A program made the translations under genes and the position numbers. A stretch of 41,606 bases of DNA, from contig CAZTUN010000004.1 of assembly GCA_964616845.1 (NCBI GenBank), positions 1 through 41,606 of the forward strand. Direction: 5' to 3'. Positions 1 through 7,114 of this stretch are shown one piece after another. Position 1 is the first letter of the stretch. Each line of letters starts with the position of its first letter. The notes below the pieces were generated by a model, which was not told the DNA's origin, did no database searches, and saw only the letters and a list, made by a program, of their open reading frames with translations. Source of the stretch: an uncultured Rickettsiales bacterium. Lineage in GTDB: Bacteria > Pseudomonadota > Alphaproteobacteria > Rickettsiales > UBA6187.

Positions 1-294
1 GCGAGGTTAGCTCAGACAATTCCTACATTGTCTCATAATGCTTTCCTTCACGCATGTCAGTTAGAAGATAGTTGCTTTATTGGTATGGGAGCAATAATAA
101 TGGACGATGTTATTGTAGAATCTGGAGCTTTTGTTGCGGCTGGAGCATTAATTCCTCCAGGTAAAAAAGTTCCCAAAGGACAAATATGGGCAGGTAACCC
201 TGGTAAATTCTTAAGAGATTTAACAGAAAAAGAAGCTGCTTATATAGCAATCTCTGAGGAAAATTATGTTAAACACGTATACGAGTATATCTAA
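1..294 (+). CDS. gamma-class carbonic anhydrase-like / hexapeptide-repeat (left-handed beta-helix) family protein, C-terminal part; 5' end lies upstream of the window
   Basis: The frame is open from base 1, with no stop before the TTG at 28. The translation FIGMGAIIMDDVIVESGAFVAAGALIPPGKKVPKGQIWAGNPGKFLRDLTEKE is typical of the YrdA/PaaY/gamma-CA C-terminus. Confidence 0.7.
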   Translation, partial: ARLAQTIPTLSHNAFLHACQLEDSCFIGMGAIIMDDVIVESGAFVAAGALIPPGKKVPKGQIWAGNPGKFLRDLTEKEAAYIAISEENYVKHVYEYI

Positions 295-982
295 GCAAAG
301 AGCTGTTACTTTAGTTGAGTTAGCCATAAGCCTTGCAATAATAGGTCTGCTTATTGCTACTATCACCACAGGTTATAATTTAATTCACTCAGCAGAAATT
401 AGAAAGACTATTACAAATTTTAATAATCTTAAAATTGCTATTGATGAGTTTTATCAAGAATATCACTACTTACCTGGCGATCTTCCAACTGCAACAAATT
501 ATTTTGGTAATTACGCTAACTCTAATAATAAAATAACTGGTGCATATAATGGCGATGGCAATAGTGTTATTAATAATGATGAAGATATTTATGCTTGGCA
601 ACATTTAAACCAAGCTAAATTTCTGCCCGGTAACTATACTGGTCTTAGGATTTCTAATAGTTTAAGGTTTTCTCCTCAAGTTAATGCTCCAGGAGTTAGC
701 ATATCTAACAATGCGTTTTTCCATTTTTATAATATAGTTAATCCAATTTATGGCTATAGAGGTCATGCTATAGAATTAGATTCCAACGACAATTCTGGCG
801 CACTAAATGCAAAAGATGCTAATGCGATAGACAGCAAATTAGATGATGGCAAACCAAGCACTGGACTTATAACATCGATAAATGCAAATAACCTAGCTGG
901 TTGCGTTTCAAATCAAACAGAGTACAATCTAAGCATTTCAAACAAAAATTGTATTCTTACATATTGGTATCGCAAAAATTAA
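266..982 (+). CDS. prepilin-type N-terminal domain protein (type IV pilin / pseudopilin-like)
   Basis: GAGGA lies 5 nt upstream of the ATG. The N-terminus KQRAVTLVELAISLAIIGLLIATITTGY resembles the class III signal and hydrophobic helix, with a conserved Glu. The rest is a divergent globular domain. Confidence 0.6.
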   Translation: MLNTYTSISKQRAVTLVELAISLAIIGLLIATITTGYNLIHSAEIRKTITNFNNLKIAIDEFYQEYHYLPGDLPTATNYFGNYANSNNKITGAYNGDGNSVINNDEDIYAWQHLNQAKFLPGNYTGLRISNSLRFSPQVNAPGVSISNNAFFHFYNIVNPIYGYRGHAIELDSNDNSGALNAKDANAIDSKLDDGKPSTGLITSINANNLAGCVSNQTEYNLSISNKNCILTYWYRKN

Positions 983-1004
983 TCACATAGGAAGTGGTTA
1001 TTTA

Positions 1005-1796
1005 TTAAAGGCTCTTTGCTTTATTCCATAATTCATTCATTTGCTTAAGATTTGAGTCTTTTATATTTTTGCCATCATCTTTTAGCTTTGTTTCAATATA
1101 TGCAAATCTTTTACTAAATTTATTATTAGTCTCCATTAATGCAGTTTCTGGATCTATTTTTAGTTTTCTTGCTATATTTACTAAAGCAAACATAACATCA
1201 CCTAATTCCTCTTTTATATTACTATTATCTTTAATAGCTTGCTTTAACTCATTAACTTCTTCATCAAATTTAAGCATAGTATCTTCAACATCTGGCCAAT
1301 CGAAACCCACATTAGCAGCTCTTTGCTGTAACTTATAAGCTCGTTTTATGGCAGGAAGATTTATTGGAATATTACTTAATATACTATCTGAGATATTAGG
1401 ATTTTTCTTTCTTTCCTCTTCTTTATATCTTTCCCAAGCTTTTTCTTGATCTGAAGCTGTTTTAATCTCTTCTTTGTTATTGCTACTAGCAAAAATATGA
1501 GGATGCCTACTAATCATCTTATGGTAAACTGAATCAACTACGGAAGAAAAATTAAATAATTCTTGTTCTTTAGCGATTTGACTATGAAATACAACTTGAA
1601 ATAATAAGTCGCCTAATTCTTCTTTAAGACCTATAAAATCTTTTCTTGCTATACTATCTGCAACTTCATATGCCTCTTCTATTGTATAAGCTGCAATAGT
1701 ATTAAAATCCTGTTTTATATCCCAAGGACAACCATCTTTCTTATCACGTAATTTGACCATTAAATCTAATAAGTCTTTTATATTATCATTGCTCAT
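1005..1796 (-). CDS. mazG: nucleoside triphosphate pyrophosphohydrolase MazG
   Basis: 263 aa with tandem MazG domains. Motifs include GCPWDxxQ, EEAYEVxD, ELGDLLFQVVFH and a second ELGDVMFALVN. Confidence 0.9.
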   Translation of the reverse strand: MSNDNIKDLLDLMVKLRDKKDGCPWDIKQDFNTIAAYTIEEAYEVADSIARKDFIGLKEELGDLLFQVVFHSQIAKEQELFNFSSVVDSVYHKMISRHPHIFASSNNKEEIKTASDQEKAWERYKEEERKKNPNISDSILSNIPINLPAIKRAYKLQQRAANVGFDWPDVEDTMLKFDEEVNELKQAIKDNSNIKEELGDVMFALVNIARKLKIDPETALMETNNKFSKRFAYIETKLKDDGKNIKDSNLKQMNELWNKAKSL

Positions 1797-1805
1797 ATTT
1801 TAAAA

Positions 1806-2633
1806 CTAATCATTATTGAAAGTAAATTTTATTTCATAGGAAAAACTATCACGATTGCGATGATAATCTTGCGGCACAGGAATAACAGGGTTAGCATTTC
1901 TAACCATCTCTATTAAAGAATCATCTAATATTTTACTACCTGTAGAGTTTTTTAACCTTGAAGCAATAATTTTGCCAGAACGGTCAATCTTTACAAATAT
2001 AATACCAGAACCTACTATTCCCTTTTCTTTGGCTTCTTTTGGATATACACGAAACTTATTAAACCACAATGATATTAGTTTTTCATAAGGGATAACTTTA
2101 GTTACTTCTCCATCGGTGGTATTTCCTAAAATATTTCCGTATGCGGTTTGAGTGTACTCAGGAACTAACTTATTTTTCTTTAATGGTACAATAGGCACAT
2201 GATTAGTTACTATATTTTCTTGATCATTCTTAGTAAATTTTAATTCATTATTTTTTATCAACTTCTCCTTATAAGCAAGATTGCCGCTATTATTTAGCTT
2301 ATTTACCGATACAGATGAATCGCCCTTTTTTAATAGTTTTGTAGCATCTTGATTGCTTTTTAGCTCCTGTGTTTTTGGTTTTAATAAATCTTGCTGCACT
2401 ATATTTGGTTGAATATTTTCTGGTTTAGCTAATTGAGATAAGGCTAATTTTTGTCCTTGTATTAAATCAATTTGATTTTCTATATTTTTATATCTTTCAT
2501 CTTTGGCAAATTTTATTCTTATTTCAACAAACTTAACTTGATTTTGATTAGAGTCATGTTTTTTGACCAATGTAAGAATAAATCCATGAATGGCAAAAGA
2601 AATAAACAATGCTGATATAAATATTTTGTTCAT
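1806..2633 (-). CDS. tonB: TonB family energy transducer
   Basis: It has an N-terminal TM anchor and a C-terminal TonB-like domain (YPKEAKEKGIVGSGIIFVKIDRSGKI). Its start overlaps the exbD stop (ATGA), and it is last in an exbB-exbD-exbD operon. Confidence 0.75.
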   Translation of the reverse strand: MNKIFISALFISFAIHGFILTLVKKHDSNQNQVKFVEIRIKFAKDERYKNIENQIDLIQGQKLALSQLAKPENIQPNIVQQDLLKPKTQELKSNQDATKLLKKGDSSVSVNKLNNSGNLAYKEKLIKNNELKFTKNDQENIVTNHVPIVPLKKNKLVPEYTQTAYGNILGNTTDGEVTKVIPYEKLISLWFNKFRVYPKEAKEKGIVGSGIIFVKIDRSGKIIASRLKNSTGSKILDDSLIEMVRNANPVIPVPQDYHRNRDSFSYEIKFTFNND

Positions 2634-3058
2634 AAATTTGATTTATCAAGCTGAGTTAGTACAGAAATATTATTAGCACCTGCATTTTTTAACATATTCA
2701 TTATTTTTATTAACTTAGATGCAGGTAATTTAGCATCTGCTCTAACATTAATATTTATATCTTTAGATTCTAAAAGAATAGTTTTAAGAATAATGGGAAA
2801 ATCGGCATCAGAAACCAAATCATTATTTACAGCAATACGCTCTTTTTTATCTATATAAATAACTACAGGTTTTTTTGACGCAATAATATTAGATGCCTTT
2901 TTACTATATGGAAGAATTACTTTTATCGTATCTACTTTTTCTACTCTGCCTGCAATCATAAAAAATATCAATAATATAAAAATTATATTAATTAAAGGAA
3001 TTAGGTTAAGCTCCTTTATTGCTTTGTTTTTACGGGTAATTTCAAAACCAGATTTCAT
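2630..3058 (-). CDS. exbD: biopolymer transport protein ExbD/TolR
   Basis: 142 aa with the N-terminal LNLIPLINIIFILLIFFM TM motif typical of ExbD/TolR, plus the operon context. Confidence 0.85.
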   Translation of the reverse strand: MKSGFEITRKNKAIKELNLIPLINIIFILLIFFMIAGRVEKVDTIKVILPYSKKASNIIASKKPVVIYIDKKERIAVNNDLVSDADFPIILKTILLESKDININVRADAKLPASKLIKIMNMLKNAGANNISVLTQLDKSNL

Positions 3059-3081
3059 TTATAACTTATTCCTTATAAATA

Positions 3082-3489
3082 TTATTCAACCAATGAAATA
3101 TTTTTTATGCCCATCGATTTAATATAATCCATCGCCTGCACTACTTCTTGCACTATAACTCCTTTACGACTTACCAAAATAATTGAAAAATCATCTAAAG
3201 AATTATTTTTATTAATTATTGGGTTAATAACAGTTTTTAGCTGGTTTAAACGATATTTTTTGCCATCAAGTAAAAAATTATTATTAGCTAGTAACTCTAT
3301 ATAAAGAGTTACTCCTACACTTAATTTTTCCGCTTCTTCTTTTTTATCTGGCAAGAAATTTAGATTTATTGCTTGATAAGAGATATATTTACTTGTTAGC
3401 ATAAAAAACACTACTAATAAAAATATAACGTCAATTAATGATGTTAAATTTAAACCTTTATTTCTTCTAACCGAGCGTTCAAATTGCAT
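3082..3489 (-). CDS. exbD: biopolymer transport protein ExbD/TolR (second paralog)
   Basis: 135 aa with the LNLTSLIDVIFLLVVFFM motif, located downstream of exbB. Confidence 0.85.
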   Translation of the reverse strand: MQFERSVRRNKGLNLTSLIDVIFLLVVFFMLTSKYISYQAINLNFLPDKKEEAEKLSVGVTLYIELLANNNFLLDGKKYRLNQLKTVINPIINKNNSLDDFSIILVSRKGVIVQEVVQAMDYIKSMGIKNISLVE

Positions 3490-3534
3490 TATTTAAAATC
3501 CACTGAAATATAAAACATCATTATTTTATATGTT

Positions 3535-4143
3535 TTAAGAATAAATTATTTCTGAGACAATATCTTTCATTATCGCTCTTATATTTTCTATTCTACCATC
3601 AATTATATAATAAGCTGCTAATGCTGGTATTGCTACACATAAACCTGCAACTGTTGCCAGTAATGCCTGCCATATTCCGACGGCTAAAACTGAAGGGTCT
3701 ACATTTGTGCCGCCATCGCCAATACCTGCAAAAGATTTTACCATACCAACTACGGTTCCAAGTAGTCCAAGCAATGGAGCTATGGCTGCTGACATTTCTA
3801 ATCCGCGCAAATGAGTTTCTATTGCCCTAATTTCTTTTGCCCCTAAAACTTCGATTTGTCTTAATCTTTGTTCTTCTGACAAGTCTCTATCTTGCTTTAG
3901 TTTTATAGCAAGATTAGCAAGTTTAGATAAAGGAGTGTTATATTTTGCTAATATTTCACAAGCTTTATTATATTGTCGCATTTGCAGAGACGAACCTAAT
4001 TGCTTAAATAAATTTCTATTTGCAAAATATATATGACCTAATTGAAAAAATTTATATAGTATGACAGCTACAACATAAACTGATAATAGCAATATCACCG
4101 CCATTACAGATCCACCTTTTTGCAGCAATTCATTAATTAACAT
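3535..4143 (-). CDS. exbB: MotA/TolQ/ExbB proton channel protein
   Basis: 202 aa with three TM segments and the conserved APLLGLLGTVVGMVKSF and GIWQALLATVAGL motifs. Confidence 0.9.
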   Translation of the reverse strand: MLINELLQKGGSVMAVILLLSVYVVAVILYKFFQLGHIYFANRNLFKQLGSSLQMRQYNKACEILAKYNTPLSKLANLAIKLKQDRDLSEEQRLRQIEVLGAKEIRAIETHLRGLEMSAAIAPLLGLLGTVVGMVKSFAGIGDGGTNVDPSVLAVGIWQALLATVAGLCVAIPALAAYYIIDGRIENIRAIMKDIVSEIIYS

Positions 4144-4371
4144 ATATTCCTCTTTATATTTATCATTCCATCTCTTAAGAAAAACTTATCTGATCCTAAA
4201 ATTATATTCTAATTAAGACCACAAATAAATTGTTATAGTTTAAATTATTACAAAAAACCATATATACAACATGTGACTCTATTGCATAAATGCTAATACC
4301 AACTAATCTATATTGCAGTTATTTTTTTACAAATAAAGCATCATTTGATATAAGCATCATTTTTATGATAG

Positions 4372-4377
4372 TATAAT
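4372..4377 (+). promoter_or_regulatory. candidate -10 box (TATAAT) for the 4431 gene
   Basis: A perfect TATAAT lies 54 nt upstream of the ATG and is preceded by the palindrome ATCAT-TTTT-ATGAT (4356-4369). No convincing -35 is present. Confidence 0.3.
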
Positions 4378-4430
4378 ATTCTGAAAAAACCTTGATGCTC
4401 TACCAAATATCATAACAGTAAGGATAGTCT

Positions 4431-6311
4431 ATGGACGACATTGATAATTTGCACGATAAAAACGATAATTCAGATTCTGATAGAGGCAACTTTGATCAAG
4501 TAAATCATTCTAATAAAATAATTAATCGCAAAACGATTATTGGTGTTGTTTTACTACTGAGCGGCATTACTGGAATTTCTACAGCAAATTTAATTACACC
4601 AAAATATAATGTTCCAGACTTACCTGCTGATAAAATAAATTCAGATTATAACAATAAATTAGTTTCTGTTTCTGGTAACATAAGCGATAAGCTACTTAAA
4701 GATCCTCTTTTTAATATTGAGAATAATGGTCTTGAACTTACTAGAATTGTTGAAATATATCAATATTCTCAGGATAATCAAAGTATGATATGGTCTGATA
4801 ATCTTATAGCAGACCAGCAGAATAAAAATCCTCATGAAAAACTCATTAACTCCGAAAGCTGGAAAATTGATAGTATTAAATTAGGTAAATTTGATTTATC
4901 TGATGACGTTAAAAAGCAAATATCTCAACAACTTACCCTAAAAGATCTTAAATTAAGCAAAGAAGATTTTGACAAGCTAAGTGAAGCAGGTCGCAATGCC
5001 TTTAAATTAATTGATGGTAATTTTTATTTTGGTTTAAACCCTAATGCGCCAGAATTAGGAGATATTCGCATAAAATTTAAATATTCTTCAAGCACAACCT
5101 ATACGCTTGTAGCCAAGCAATTAGGTAATAGCTTAGTACCTTTTCATTATAAAGATAGTAATATAGAAAAACTTATTCCTAGTGCAAAAAAATTTGCTCA
5201 AACTGGAATTGATGTAAAAATTATAAGCTATCCTTCTCTTAGTTGGATTATTAGAGTAATATTTTTATTGCCAGTTTTCATAGGTTTTGCGCTTATTTTC
5301 TCTGCTCGTAAAAAAGAAAATACTAATTCTGGCTTTAAAGAAAAAATACCTAAAATAAAAATTAGAAAAGTTTCTGATACAGATCAATTAAACAGAGATA
5401 ATTTACACAACGATGATATTGTTAATAAAAAAACAGATATTATCAAAGATAATATAACTGAAGAAAAATTTACTACTCCATCTAAAAATAAACCAGAAGC
5501 ATTATCTAATATTGATAATTTTGACCAGCATAATTCATTTGATGCGGCTTTTGATCCTCTTGGTCTTGATAATAATGATCATATGAATTATCAAGCAAAC
5601 AGTTCTTCTTCAGCAACATTTAATACAACAGAAAATTTTATAGCAGAAGAAGAAGCTAAACCTGTTCAAATGCCAATAGTAAAATTTGACGATCAAAAAC
5701 ATTCCATCACTTCGGATAATTTTATAAATAATTCTAATTCTATAAAAGAAACTCCTCAACCTCAAAAATATCCAGAAGCTTCTCCTTCAGAAAAACAAAG
5801 TTTTACTCCGCCACCACCACCGCCACAACCTAAGAAATTAAATCCTAATAGTGATAACTATTCTAATAATAATTCTTTTTCTTCTTTTACGCCTAGCTTA
5901 GAAGAAAATGCGCAATATTATGAAAAACAAGATAGTTTCCCTGCTAATGTAGAAATAATAGGTTCTGATACAAATGCCCCTAATGTTTACGATACCCTTC
6001 CAGCTTATATTCCAGAACATGAAGAAGATGAAATTTTTGGTGAGCAACAATTTGTAGAAAACAATAATAATATTACAGCACAAGTTGCACCACCACCGCC
6101 TCCACAAAATTATGCTCCTGCTAAGGAAGCTAAGCCTAAACAACCAAGGCAGAGAAAATCAACCAAAGAAAAGCAATCGGCTGTACCACCACCGCCACCG
6201 CCTCCACTTAAAAAAACTCCGCCACCACCTCCTCCTGCACCTTCTTCAATTGGTACAGTACCAACAAATGATGATCAAAGCCCATTATTTGATTATAAGG
6301 TTGAAGAATAA
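4431..6311 (+). CDS. membrane protein with a TMEM43/DUF1625-like N-terminal half and a long low-complexity proline-rich C-terminal tail
   Basis: The 626-aa ORF has TM segments near aa 36-56 and 270-292. The LELTRIVEIYQY motif is reminiscent of the TMEM43 family. The tail carries PPPPPPQP, APPPPPQ and VPPPPPPPLKKTPPPPPPAP tracts. Confidence 0.6.
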   Translation: MDDIDNLHDKNDNSDSDRGNFDQVNHSNKIINRKTIIGVVLLLSGITGISTANLITPKYNVPDLPADKINSDYNNKLVSVSGNISDKLLKDPLFNIENNGLELTRIVEIYQYSQDNQSMIWSDNLIADQQNKNPHEKLINSESWKIDSIKLGKFDLSDDVKKQISQQLTLKDLKLSKEDFDKLSEAGRNAFKLIDGNFYFGLNPNAPELGDIRIKFKYSSSTTYTLVAKQLGNSLVPFHYKDSNIEKLIPSAKKFAQTGIDVKIISYPSLSWIIRVIFLLPVFIGFALIFSARKKENTNSGFKEKIPKIKIRKVSDTDQLNRDNLHNDDIVNKKTDIIKDNITEEKFTTPSKNKPEALSNIDNFDQHNSFDAAFDPLGLDNNDHMNYQANSSSSATFNTTENFIAEEEAKPVQMPIVKFDDQKHSITSDNFINNSNSIKETPQPQKYPEASPSEKQSFTPPPPPPQPKKLNPNSDNYSNNNSFSSFTPSLEENAQYYEKQDSFPANVEIIGSDTNAPNVYDTLPAYIPEHEEDEIFGEQQFVENNNNITAQVAPPPPPQNYAPAKEAKPKQPRQRKSTKEKQSAVPPPPPPPLKKTPPPPPPAPSSIGTVPTNDDQSPLFDYKVEE

Positions 6312-6338
6312 GGTTAAGTAACATAAATAACCTAGACT

Positions 6339-6370
6339 ACAAGGTAATTTCCTTGTGAGTTTGTATTTTT
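6339..6370 (+). terminator. weak candidate intrinsic terminator after the 4431-6311 gene
   Basis: The stem ACAAGG / CCTTGT has a 6-nt loop and is followed by GAGTTTGTATTTTT. Confidence 0.3.
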
Positions 6371-6550
6371 AAAATTATTGTTTAAGCATTACTGGAGGTC
6401 ATTTACTATACCTTCCGCCTCCCAAAAGGAGGTCATCATTTTGAACTTATTGAGATAAATATTTAGGCATATATTTTTTGTAAGAACGGTTTTATTTGCG
6501 TTAGGTGGCTTCTAGAAAAAATAAGCTAGTATTATTATATATAATCACTG

Positions 6551-6604
6551 AAAATTTAAGTCTTTCTAATGGAGTTTTTTCTCAATTAGAAAGACTTAAA
6601 TTTT
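6551..6604. repeat. perfect 20-bp inverted repeat (hairpin) abutting the first CRISPR repeat
   Basis: AAAATTTAAGTCTTTCTAAT, a 14-nt loop, then ATTAGAAAGACTTAAATTTT. The arms are exact reverse complements, and the element ends 5 nt before the repeat at 6610. Confidence 0.8.
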
Positions 6605-6609
6605 ACTGC

Positions 6610-7041
6610 GTTGCGGCTGGACATTCTAATCTAATCTGATATTATAGAAGCATCGGCGCATGATATACAGCCGCTGTTGCGGCTGGACATTCTAATCTAA
6701 TCTGATATTATTGGCATTATGTAAAATAAATGGTATTACGCGTTGCGGCTGGACATTCTAATCTAATCTGATATTATGCATTGATAAAGCTTATTGGCGT
6801 TACCCTAGTTGCGGCTGGACATTCTAATCTAATCTGATATTATATATTTAAACTTTAAAGTGGCTGAGCCTCTGTTGCGGCTGGACATTCTAATCTAATC
6901 TGATATTATATAAGTAAGCAAGCAGATGATCAATTAATTGTTGCGGCTGGACATTCTAATCTAATCTGATATTATTATATGTACATGGTTGTCAACACAT
7001 ATTTTGTTGCGGCTGGACATTCTAATCTAATCTGATATTAT
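6610..7041 (+). CRISPR. CRISPR array: 7 identical 36-bp repeats (GTTGCGGCTGGACATTCTAATCTAATCTGATATTAT) and 6 unique 30-bp spacers
   Basis: Repeats start at 6610, 6676, 6742, 6808, 6874, 6940 and 7006, an exact 66-bp period. The plus-strand polarity is inferred from the GTTG start, the tracr anti-repeat strand and the embedded -10 boxes. Confidence 0.97.
6637..6645 (+). promoter_or_regulatory. repeat-embedded extended -10 promoter TGATATTAT (representative copy)
   Basis: The last 9 nt of every repeat read TG-n-TATTAT, recurring at 6703, 6769, 6835, 6901, 6967 and 7033. The placement matches TGCTACAAT in the Neisseria meningitidis II-C repeat. Confidence 0.5.
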
Positions 7042-7088
7042 AGATGCTAATATAGCTTATTGAAAAATAACGATATATTGCATCTATA
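7039..7088. repeat. long imperfect palindrome between the last CRISPR repeat and the cas2 stop
   Basis: TATAGATGC(T)AATATA pairs with TATATTGCATCTATA. An inner TTATT-GAAA-AATAA stem is also present. No U-tract follows on either strand. Confidence 0.6.
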
Positions 7089-7114
7089 ATAATAAAAAAT
7101 CATATTATTTAATC

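Noticed and set aside
6184-6241. The LKKT tetrapeptide between proline runs could be a bona fide WH2 actin-binding domain.
   Set aside because: A WH2 domain needs an amphipathic helix immediately N-terminal to LKKT. Here the preceding residues are a poly-proline run, so only the tetrapeptide matches. It is kept as a note within the Pro-rich protein finding, not as a domain call.
4431-6311. Could the gene flanking the CRISPR array be a fourth cas gene (csn2 or cas4-like) or a novel Cas-associated factor?
   Set aside because: It is on the opposite strand to the cas operon and is separated from the array by about 300 bp and a strong hairpin. It is a TM-anchored low-complexity protein with no nuclease, ATPase or RecB-like Cys motifs.
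6312-6609. An att-like direct repeat of the tRNA-Arg 3' end, or an integrase remnant, marking a mobile CRISPR island.
   Set aside because: Reading both strands, I found no copy of TGGTGAGACCGGCGCGATTCGAAC or a substantial part of it, and no integrase or transposase ORF anywhere in the window.
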